Positions 36,188 through 45,500 of a stretch of 61,347 bases of DNA are shown one piece after another; the first letter of the stretch is position 1; every line of letters begins with the position of its first letter. The notes under the pieces are model-generated. The model made no database searches, had not been told where the DNA came from, and worked only from the letters and a program-made list of their open reading frames with translations. The stretch is taken from positions 1 through 61,347 of the IMG/VR virus record IMGVR_UViG_3300025736_000026. One strand, 5' to 3'. The DNA comes from a virus (Duplodnaviria > Caudoviricetes). The position numbers and the translations under genes are program-made.

Positions 36188-36742
36188 ATGAACACCGAGA
36201 AAAGCAAAGAAGATTTGTTTGATCCTATCGAAGGACTTGGCGAGCTTCTCTCAATGCCCACCGAGATTAAAACTAACACAGATGAAACTGTGGAAATACC
36301 TGTAGCAAGTTGGCGTATGGAGCTACAGGTAGTTAAATCCGTTGGTAAACTCCTGGGAGATGTACGTCAGCAACTAGGCCTTACTTGGGATACTATTATA
36401 AAGCTTCAGAAGCCGGCTACTGGTACTTCTGCTGAAGATACCGAGGTTTTCAAAGAAGCCGAGTTAATGCGTAAGGAAAAACTTTTAGACCTGATTTTGA
36501 AAATTGCGGAACTGGCTCCCGATGAGATAACACGTATAACTGCTACTATCGTCGGGAAAGACATACAGTTTGTCGAGGAGAAGCTTGAACTAGGCGTTAT
36601 TATTCAAGTATTACTCCCTTTTTTGCTAACGAGGATGACCAGGCTACTCAAATTGATGGAGAGTATGGACGTCGACTTCGAAAGTGCTACGCGAAAAATA
36701 CGGGCAAATCTACAGAGTCGGACGAACAAAAGCCCCCGTTAA
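36188..36742 (+). CDS. tail assembly chaperone (gpG-like)
   Basis: Between tail tube and tape measure; contains slippery site. Confidence 0.75.
   Translation: MNTEKSKEDLFDPIEGLGELLSMPTEIKTNTDETVEIPVASWRMELQVVKSVGKLLGDVRQQLGLTWDTIIKLQKPATGTSAEDTEVFKEAELMRKEKLLDLILKIAELAPDEITRITATIVGKDIQFVEEKLELGVIIQVLLPFLLTRMTRLLKLMESMDVDFESATRKIRANLQSRTNKSPR
36616..36622 (+). other. -1 ribosomal frameshift site C CCT TTT
   Basis: X XXY YYZ heptamer in the correct phase; -1 frame open from 36589 to stop 37032. Confidence 0.8.
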
Positions 36743-37032
36743 CCGTAGCAGATGAAGTTTCTCTCATCCTCGCATACTTCGCGGCAAACTGTCATTATAC
36801 TCCCGAGCAAGTTCTTAGTATGCCTCGGGGTGTTATAAGGCGCTTAATACCCGCTATTTCTTCTATGAGAGAAGCTGCCGCGGACATGCAGAAAGAGGAG
36901 TATGAAAAATCTTCAACTCAAAAATCTAAATTTCCACATGCTAGTAATGACGGTAAGGTTGTAGATCATGACGGTGCGAATGCATTAAAGCACAATTTAA
37001 GCGGTTTGTCCGATTTGGTTGAGGCAAAATAA
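36622..37032 (+). CDS. tail assembly chaperone frameshift extension (gpT-like)
   Basis: In frame with track ORF 36820-37032; HYTPEQVLSMP motif typical of gpT parts. Confidence 0.75.
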   Translation, partial: FANEDDQATQIDGEYGRRLRKCYAKNTGKSTESDEQKPPLTVADEVSLILAYFAANCHYTPEQVLSMPRGVIRRLIPAISSMREAAADMQKEEYEKSSTQKSKFPHASNDGKVVDHDGANALKHNLSGLSDLVEAK

Positions 37033-40000
37033 ATGGCTTTAGGTATTTTAAAAATTAAGCTCGTCGCAGAGATTTGGGAGTTTATTAAGCGTTTTCGCAT
37101 AGCGAAAGTAACTATCCTATCTTTCTCTAAGATAGCTTCCGCCGCTATAGAAATCGTAAATACTAAATTGGGTAAGATGGGACTTATTGCGGCTGGAGTA
37201 TTCGCCGCAATGGCTGCGGGGGCTTTACTATTACGTAGTCAATTAAAACCTGCGATCGAGTTGCAGAAGGACATGGCTAATGTCGCAACTCTTTTACGTG
37301 ATGAGGCTGGGCAAGCTTTTTCTTTTGTTAATAAATGGGTAAAAACGTTCACGCAGAATGTTATAAATCTCTCGGCGGAGTTTGGAGAAACTGCCGCTGC
37401 GACTGCAAAAGGTCTTTATGATATTTTGTCCGCGACTATTCCGGCTTCTGATGCTTTGAATGTTTTGATTGTTTCTATGCGTGCTGCTAGAGCAGGTCTT
37501 ACTTCAACTGCTACAGCTACCAAAGCGATTATTTCCGTATTGATGGCCTATAATATGTCGTTCGACCAGGCCGCAAAGGTTTCTGATGTTTTCTTCGCAA
37601 CTATTCGAAGAGGTGTTACAACTTTTAAAGAACTCGCTCCTGTTATAGGTCGCGCTACCGCTACTGCTGCTGCTGCGGGTGTAAGTTTTGAAGAGCTAAT
37701 GGCCGCAGTTACTACAATGACTCGAGCAGGTTTAGATACGGGCGTGGCTATTACATCTATTAATCAAACGCTGTTACAGTTCTTTAGACCTACTGAAGAT
37801 GCTGTCAAGGCAGCCGCACGCCTGGGACTTAATTTAGATTTGACCACATTGCAGACTGAAGGCCTTGTTTCTGTAATGGAAAAATTGAGTGATCTTCTTC
37901 CCCAGCAGGTCGGACAGATGTTTAGACAGATGCGTGCATTGCGTGGTGTTAACGCTTTGATTCAGCAGGTATCGGGCTTCGCGGAAGATTATAATGTAAT
38001 GCTCCATGCCGCGGGGGAAACACAAGCTGCGTTTGAAAAGCAAGCAAAAGCTATGGCATTTTCGTTAGATCGACTAAAACAAAATTTCAATGCTCTCCGT
38101 ACGCAAGCTGCCTTACCCTGGTTAGGCACAGTAAAACGTTTAGTGGAGGGTCTTAATTCGCTTATGGGGGTTCTAAGGAAAATTACTCCAGCAGTCGCGC
38201 AATTTTCCGGCGATTTGTTATTCGCCGGCGCCGCCGCCGCAGGACTCACAGCGGCAGTGACACTTACTATAGCAATACTGAAAACACTCGGTATAGCATT
38301 TGCGCCTTTCTTATTATTGGTAGCTAAATTTGCTTTAATTGCTGCGGCTATATTTGTAGTTGTTAAAGCGTTAATTTCTTTAGAGAAGGAGCTTCAGTTA
38401 CTCTCGGGAGCTTTAGACGTATTTTATAGGACAATCACACTTGGTATAGCTGGTTTAGAAGATGTTACCGCTGCTGTTAAACTCTTAGGTAATTCTTTTA
38501 AATGGCTTTTACGTCAGATAGGTCTTGTACGTGAAGAGTGGTCCGAACTTGCGGCATCTAGAGAGTTAGCAAGCGCTTTAAAGGCCTTAACAGAAGAAGT
38601 TGATAATTCTGTAAAACCCACAGATGAGCTTCGCGATCGCTGGCAGTCGGTTATTGAATCTCTACAACGTGGCGCACCAATGACTTTAGAAGTTAAAAAG
38701 GCTTTGGATGATTTAGGCGCAACGTTAAAGAATACACCTGTATACACGGATGCGACAAAAGAAGGTTTACTTGAGCTAATAGATGCTGTGGGTGAGGTAG
38801 GTAGGGTTACGCCAGGTACAAAGGCTCGTATAGCTGAGATTTCCGCGGAATTGGCTGCAGGTAAAAAGAGTGGTTCTGACTATGTTCAAATGTGGGTAAG
38901 GCTTCTTGATGGTATATCAGAAGGTGATATGCTCACAGATAATTTCCGTAAATCTTTAGTTTCTATGTATACGGAACTCTCAAATTCTAAAGACGTTTCT
39001 GCAGGTCTTAAACAACAAATTTCTGAGCTTGTTTCGGAGTTATTAAATACGGCAAATGTATCCGACGTAGTACGAGCGAAGATGCGTGAAATGCAAAGGG
39101 CGTTCAATGAAGGTAGGGCTACTACCGCGCGTTTAAAAGCGTCTTTTGAGATACTCGGTATGGATATGCCCCAGCACTTAGCTGCTATTGCCAAAGAAGC
39201 TGATTGGGCTTTTAATACTATATGGCGCGACGGAGGTTACTCAGCTGAGAAATTATCCAAAATTTGGGTAGAAGGTTTTGTACCTAAGTTAATGAATGCT
39301 TTTGGAAAGATTCCCGAAAAGTATCGAGCTCTTACGCTACGTATGACCGGATATACATTAGAAATGATACAGGCTCTGTCTACGCTTGATGTTGACATGC
39401 CCTCAAAATTACAAAAAGAAGCTCGCGCAGCTGCCGCCGCGTTACTTATACTTATACAAGAAAATAGACGTCTTCCGGAAGATGCTCGTTTATCAGCCAA
39501 GGTTATCGGGGATGCTTGGGAAGAGGTTGTTGAAAAAATTGAAAGAGCCTTTGGGAGAGTACCTCCCGAATTTAATGCGTTGGCACAAGAGATTGCGAGT
39601 ATTTCAGCTGCTACTTTAAATAACTTTAGGGCCCTAGGAGAAGAGCCTCTTGATATATTACGTACGAAGGCCGATTCGATGCTTAAAGCTTTTGAGGCTC
39701 TTTATAATCTACGCGCGTCGGGCGAGCTTAATATAGATGAGTCACAAATTCGTGATCTTTGGGAGGGCGTACGTAAAGCTATTGAAGAGGCTTATGGAGC
39801 TTTTCCGGAGGAGTTATTAGATCGTATAAGAGAACTTCAGGAATTGTCTTCTAAGGTAATGGGTAGTCCGAAGCTCGTAGCCGATATGCGACAGCAGTTT
39901 GCCGAGTTAGCTGTTCAACTTGAAGTTGAAATGGATAAGTTACCTCCTGCCGCGCAAGAGATGTGGCGTAAAATGGTTCTTATACCTGAGATCGAGCAGC

Positions 40001-41070
40001 AGGCAGCTCTTAATACATGGAAAGATTTTATAGATCGTATTGAAGAGGGTATGACTGTAAAAGAGTGGGAAACCTATAAGCGTTTAAAGCCTATGATTAA
40101 AGGTTGGGAACGTGCGTTTAAAGATATACGTAACTTAGAAGATGTCTCAGCTGAAGATCGTTCTAAAGCCTTTACAAAATTACTCTCTCAAATCGAAGTT
40201 GCTGGCGGGAAGTATACAGATGTATGGCGAAGAGTTTACAGCGCTTTGCAATTAGTTAATGAATCTCAGGTACGTAGTTTTGAGGAAATCGTTAAAGATG
40301 TTTCTGTAGAAATACGCCGTGAATTGTCAAATGCTTTTGTAGATTTATATGAAGAATTATTCGAGCAAAGTCGAAAGTCATTAACTCTTGTACAGATGGA
40401 AGCTGATGAACGTAAGCGCTCTTTACGGGATCAACTCGTTGAGGGTAAAGTTACAACAGCGCGTTACTATCAGGAATTGGCTGAGTTAGACAGACAATAT
40501 ACAGAAGAGAAGAAAAAGTATATGAACAGTTTCCAGAAGTTCTATGTAACTATCTGGGACGGTATGAAAAAATATTGGATTAAACTTTTAAGTGAAATGC
40601 TCGCTGAGTGGATTACACAACAGCTTAAAATGATGGCAATGTCTCTTAAGCGTGCTATTGTTGAAATAGCTGCTGACTCGGCTGCGGCCAAAACGGGTGC
40701 TGTAAAAAGCGCTGCAGGGATTCCGTTTCCATTAAACCTAGTGGCTATTGGAGCTGCGGTTGCTGCGGTAACAGCTATTCTAGCTTCGGTTACGAAGTTC
40801 GCTGCAGGTGGTATTGTAACTAAGCCTATGTTAGGTATTATAGGCGAAGCAGGCCCCGAAGCTATTATACCTTTAGGACATCCATCCGCGAGGGGTTTAG
40901 GAGGCGCAAGATCTATAACTGTACATTATAACGATCAATTTGTATTCGAAGGTCCTTCTATGGTAGATGATCAGGAAGGCTGGGATCGTATTTATCGTGA
41001 TAAGGTATTACCTGCGAAGAGACGTAATTTAGAAGAGTTAAGAGATATTGCTGGAGAGAGTGTTGAGTGA
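37033..41070 (+). CDS. tape measure protein (TP901 family)
   Basis: 1345 aa, Ala-rich; AKGLYDILSA, GVTTFKELA, FAAGGIV...IGEAGPEAIIPL. Confidence 0.95.
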   Translation: MALGILKIKLVAEIWEFIKRFRIAKVTILSFSKIASAAIEIVNTKLGKMGLIAAGVFAAMAAGALLLRSQLKPAIELQKDMANVATLLRDEAGQAFSFVNKWVKTFTQNVINLSAEFGETAAATAKGLYDILSATIPASDALNVLIVSMRAARAGLTSTATATKAIISVLMAYNMSFDQAAKVSDVFFATIRRGVTTFKELAPVIGRATATAAAAGVSFEELMAAVTTMTRAGLDTGVAITSINQTLLQFFRPTEDAVKAAARLGLNLDLTTLQTEGLVSVMEKLSDLLPQQVGQMFRQMRALRGVNALIQQVSGFAEDYNVMLHAAGETQAAFEKQAKAMAFSLDRLKQNFNALRTQAALPWLGTVKRLVEGLNSLMGVLRKITPAVAQFSGDLLFAGAAAAGLTAAVTLTIAILKTLGIAFAPFLLLVAKFALIAAAIFVVVKALISLEKELQLLSGALDVFYRTITLGIAGLEDVTAAVKLLGNSFKWLLRQIGLVREEWSELAASRELASALKALTEEVDNSVKPTDELRDRWQSVIESLQRGAPMTLEVKKALDDLGATLKNTPVYTDATKEGLLELIDAVGEVGRVTPGTKARIAEISAELAAGKKSGSDYVQMWVRLLDGISEGDMLTDNFRKSLVSMYTELSNSKDVSAGLKQQISELVSELLNTANVSDVVRAKMREMQRAFNEGRATTARLKASFEILGMDMPQHLAAIAKEADWAFNTIWRDGGYSAEKLSKIWVEGFVPKLMNAFGKIPEKYRALTLRMTGYTLEMIQALSTLDVDMPSKLQKEARAAAAALLILIQENRRLPEDARLSAKVIGDAWEEVVEKIERAFGRVPPEFNALAQEIASISAATLNNFRALGEEPLDILRTKADSMLKAFEALYNLRASGELNIDESQIRDLWEGVRKAIEEAYGAFPEELLDRIRELQELSSKVMGSPKLVADMRQQFAELAVQLEVEMDKLPPAAQEMWRKMVLIPEIEQQAALNTWKDFIDRIEEGMTVKEWETYKRLKPMIKGWERAFKDIRNLEDVSAEDRSKAFTKLLSQIEVAGGKYTDVWRRVYSALQLVNESQVRSFEEIVKDVSVEIRRELSNAFVDLYEELFEQSRKSLTLVQMEADERKRSLRDQLVEGKVTTARYYQELAELDRQYTEEKKKYMNSFQKFYVTIWDGMKKYWIKLLSEMLAEWITQQLKMMAMSLKRAIVEIAADSAAAKTGAVKSAAGIPFPLNLVAIGAAVAAVTAILASVTKFAAGGIVTKPMLGIIGEAGPEAIIPLGHPSARGLGGARSITVHYNDQFVFEGPSMVDDQEGWDRIYRDKVLPAKRRNLEELRDIAGESVE

Positions 41071-41438
41071 AGAGTGTAAGTGACACTTTTATACAGAAAC
41101 TAAAGGCTGAGTCAGTATCCCAGCCTATTATGCGTATAAAGGCCTACGCAAAGTATCCGGGGCCTATACGTTCTATTGTAGGAGCTTGTTATACGCTCGG
41201 GGGCGTAGTAGCACGTACTATTAGTGTATATGGCAATGCGGCACGTTTCTTTCAACAAGATGATAGTATTCTTATTAAAACGACTCCTCTCGTTAATATA
41301 GGAACTATTTTAAATACTCCCGCGTTTGACGGTACTGATACTTATTTTAGTATAAGTACGATATACTTGGATCAGACTAATGTAGGGGGGCATGTTCTGA
41401 GGGATTTAGATTTTAAATTTACCGTGGGTACGACTTGA
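41067..41438 (+). CDS. tail protein, N-terminal fragment of hub/Tal-like protein
   Basis: MKSVSDTFIQKLKAESVSQP resembles N-termini of post-TMP tail proteins; GTGA-coupled. Confidence 0.55.
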   Translation: MKSVSDTFIQKLKAESVSQPIMRIKAYAKYPGPIRSIVGACYTLGGVVARTISVYGNAARFFQQDDSILIKTTPLVNIGTILNTPAFDGTDTYFSISTIYLDQTNVGGHVLRDLDFKFTVGTT

Positions 41439-41471
41439 TTATCCAAATCTTTGAGAATTTCATATAAGGTT

Positions 41472-41581
41472 CCAATTACATACAAAGTAATTTACTTTGT
41501 TAAGGTTTTAAATCGATATAATATATGAGGTTATAAGATATGCTAAGGATTTTTAATATAAAGAGATTTAACTTTGTAAAC
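41472..41581 (+). promoter_or_regulatory. composite site copy B
   Basis: TACATACAAAGTAATTTACTTTGT (ends 41500), then GAGATTTAACTTTGTAAAC from 41563. Confidence 0.8.
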
Positions 41582-41606
41582 TCAATTTTTGGCGGAGGTA
41601 ATTAGC

Positions 41607-42179
41607 ATGCCACTCAACGAATGGGAATGGAGAGGCGGTAATTTAAGTACTGTTGTAGGTTCTAGTGAGGCTATTTTATTTACGGGTCCCGGCGGCGGTT
41701 TTACTACGCCTCTTATTACTGGAGATACACTCGGCCAAGAGGGTACTTATGTTCGTCATATGGTTTTGACGACTTCTGGGGGGGCATTGCCTAACTGCCA
41801 GTTTATAAGTAATGCCCAGGCGGGTGTTGGAGGAAGTACTGTTGCTATAAGTAACGTCTCTGCTGCAGAGAGTACATTACGTATACGACTTACGACGCAT
41901 GCGATGGGTGCTGTAGGTACTACGAATAGTTTCTTCGACGCTTACGGTGCAGATTCTTCGCACGTACCCGCTGATGGAGATGTAAGCCTTTACGGATTTG
42001 AAGTAGGCAATTCTGCGTGGTCCACTCTTAATTATATGAATAATGATCGTTTGAGGCTTACTATAACATCGGTAGCAACTATGACGCATGATTGGCATGT
42101 AGCGGTATCCGCCCGTGCGAAAACCTCTGGGACTTTTGAGGATATTACGTTTAGGGTGGTTACCGAATATGTATCTTAA
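41607..42179 (+). CDS. putative tail structural protein
   Basis: GGAGGT RBS; beta-rich. Confidence 0.7.
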   Translation: MPLNEWEWRGGNLSTVVGSSEAILFTGPGGGFTTPLITGDTLGQEGTYVRHMVLTTSGGALPNCQFISNAQAGVGGSTVAISNVSAAESTLRIRLTTHAMGAVGTTNSFFDAYGADSSHVPADGDVSLYGFEVGNSAWSTLNYMNNDRLRLTITSVATMTHDWHVAVSARAKTSGTFEDITFRVVTEYVS

Positions 42180-42189
42180 GAGGTAATTT

Positions 42190-42552
42190 ATGTTTATAGG
42201 ACGTTTTATTGCGAAATTGTCGGATGGTCAAAAGGTTATTGAGAAGTATCCGAATGAAGAAGTTATGGGTGGGGATAGATGTTTACGAATGGGTTGGAGG
42301 CGCCTTAATAAGTTTTGCGAAGAGCAAGATTTAAAAATCGTTGCCTTAGGTATACATTTTAGTAACGGTTTTTTTCATAAGGCCCCTGATATGGCTGAAG
42401 AGTATTTTACGCATATGCAGCAACAAGCTTTTTTAAAAGATGTACCTGCCGTATCTTACCGAGGTTTAGGATTTAGAAAAGACGATAAATGGTTTATTAC
42501 TTGGTTTAATTCTAAAGGTGTTATGAAAGCTATGGAAGTTAGGGATGTATAA
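42190..42552 (+). CDS. hypothetical protein
   Basis: AAGAGGT RBS, 120 aa. Confidence 0.7.
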   Translation: MFIGRFIAKLSDGQKVIEKYPNEEVMGGDRCLRMGWRRLNKFCEEQDLKIVALGIHFSNGFFHKAPDMAEEYFTHMQQQAFLKDVPAVSYRGLGFRKDDKWFITWFNSKGVMKAMEVRDV

Positions 42553-45500
42553 TGACAACTTATTCTTACTATATAGATTATATTAACGGTGACGATGGAA
42601 ATAGCGGTGACGAGGGTTCTCCTTGGAAAACCTTGGTAAAAGCGAAAACTGTTTTAGAAACGTATTATGCCGTAAATGTGTATGTAAATTTGTATTTAGA
42701 GCCTGGTGTACATTATGTAGAGGCTCCTTTTATAATTCTTAATATGGCGGGAACCCTTAATATTATTGGACGTGTAGATTCTAATGGCGTGTTTCCTACG
42801 GTACTTATTAGAGGATCATATTCTGATCTGGGATATAGAGGACAATTTGATATTAGAATGTACGAATTATTTACTGCGGCGTTGAGTGTAAAACGTATAA
42901 TTTTTAAGTTTTATGGTTATGTAGAGTCTACACCTACTCCTACTGGAGATACCTTTGCCGCGAATTGGCGCGCTCGGTATACAGAAGTCTCACAGTGCGC
43001 TTTTCTTGGAAGGCCTTCTCCTATAACTAATTCTGTACATCAATCAGGACTTAAATTGTTCGCGAATGCCGGAGGGTCTCACTACCCCAGGTACTTTTAT
43101 AACTGTGTATTTGATCATTTTTATAGGGGTGTGATGCTTAGAGCTTACTACGATCCTACCCATCCTTATGCTTCCAATATTTTACCGTATTACTTTAAGA
43201 ATTGTTCTCTTTCTAATATAAGGGGAATAGTTTTACAAACCCCCGATTATGTCGGAGTACTTGAAGTGTGGCCTTTTTTCGATGAAGCGTGCGCGTTAAA
43301 AGCTTTTAATTGTAATTTTTATAACTGCGGTGATTACTTATCTACGCGAACCTACAAAGGCAAGCTAATACATGAGTATACAGATATTTCAACCCTTGAT
43401 CCTTCATTTTTAAACCAGGCGGCTCGAGGTACTATTGCTAACTATATTGAAGATAGAATTGAAGTTCCCGTTCCTGGAGCTTTTGACGCCTATTGTTATC
43501 CTGTACAGCGTCATAAATGGGCACAATCCGGTAGCGTTGATAGTTATACAGGTAGCGCTTTTCCCGTTTTTGATTACGTATTAGGTGATTGCGGCGATAC
43601 AGTTTATATAGAATCTCCTGATGCTATTGCTATCGACGCCGACACACGGCAGTACTTGGTGATTGAAGGTGTTGTACAGATGCAAAGCGGTGATGATAAT
43701 AATAATCCTTTTATACAATACAAAATAGGGTCTACGTGGTATACAAAAATATTAGGTCAAAACGATCTATATGTATTTGATAGTGCTTTGGATATCGAAA
43801 ACGAGCAACCTCAGACTGTTACGGTTGATATGTCGGGCGAGGGAGATTGGTCGGGTACTGTAACACAGCTACGTTTCGGCGCGTGGAAAACTGCTGTGGC
43901 GGGGCAAGATCCGCGAAGTGCCTGTTTACATAGTATAATCCCTTTAACAACTTCTACTTACGATGCATTAGGTTTTGAACGTATATATCCAGATTCTGAT
44001 TTTGTAGACGTAGGAATTCCTGCATTATTTGATGATTATATAGATAGTTTGTTTGCCTATATAGGCCGAGGCGTCGCTTTTTCGGATATAGGCGTTTACG
44101 GCGGTGTAGCAGATGAATCTCACGATGGAGAAGCTTCGGCTCGCTTAGGACGTGCTGTAGGTGAGCCTGAGAGTAGTACTCCCCGTACAGGTTATGTAAC
44201 TACTGAGGGTCTCTTACTCGATACACGTGGAGGTCGTTGCGTAGGCGCAGAACCGTCGATCACGACGGTAGGTTTTACTTCGATGTCAGAACGCCTTATT
44301 GAATTAGGCGATATGCGTAAGAGTATAACCGGGCAGACTTTGCAGCGCACTGCTTGCGATTCGACTACGGCTGAATTCGATAACGAAGATAGCGCTTTGT
44401 ACGATGAAGATAATGAAGAGGGTATTTTATATCCGACAACTTTTGATGGTACGTTAACGGCTGTGGCAAACGATATATTACGCGATACGGCGCAAGATTT
44501 TACAGGATTTACTTTAACAGGTTTTTGTGAAATTCTATCTGGCAAAGCTATCGGTAAACGTTATTATATTATTTTTAGCGATACGAATTCCTGGGCAGTA
44601 TTACCAGATTTCGAAGATAGCTTTTCGACTAATCCCGAAGCCGATGGTGTACAAGCAGGAGATTTTTATCGTATTGATGCCTCTTACGAGATCTGGTTTC
44701 AAATACATACTGGTTATAGAAATCTACCCAGTGACAGACTTTTATGGATGGGCGGTATAGCTAATCAAAAACAAATTGATCATGCGTTAGCTTCAAAATC
44801 TGTAATAGCGCGTATTTTAGGCTTTGAAAAAGTACTTGAAACTTATGATGCTTTTGATGTTTGTCGCGAAGAAGGTCTTTTCTATTTTATATCGGGTATA
44901 AAAGCTCTTAGATATGTACCTTCAGCGTATACACCGCTACAGTATGGTCCACGTATAGTTGAATTTAAATGGAAAAGTGCGCGTATCGAAGGTGCTGAAA
45001 TTTATGAAGTGCAGGTGGGTAACAAGCCGGGTTTGAAAACTTTAGAATATCGACCTCCGTATTACTTTAGATATGATGGCGGCCCCTGGTACGAACGTCA
45101 GGGCGAGCAAACCGAGTATTTATACGATGCAGAGGGTAATACTATTTCTGTAAAGCATTCGGGTCGTTACCCAGACGAATGCGGTTCTATATTTTTTATA
45201 GTACAAGATGAGTATAAACCTTACGTACATAAAGAAGGTTTACCCACTCTAAGACTCGGAGAAGGCCTTCCTATAGAACTGTCAAGATCTTTCGTCGCAG
45301 TATTACTACATGAAAATGGTTCTTGGACAGATATAACTGATCGTGTAACTTATGGTAAGCATGTTAATGTAGACGAAAATTCGCTTGTTTCATGCCTCGC
45401 AGGTTATGATTCTGAAATATATTTACTGTGTAGTAAACCTTTTACAGGCTTTGATTTAACACTGGATAAGAGTTCTACTTTTTCAGGTTGGCTTTCATAT

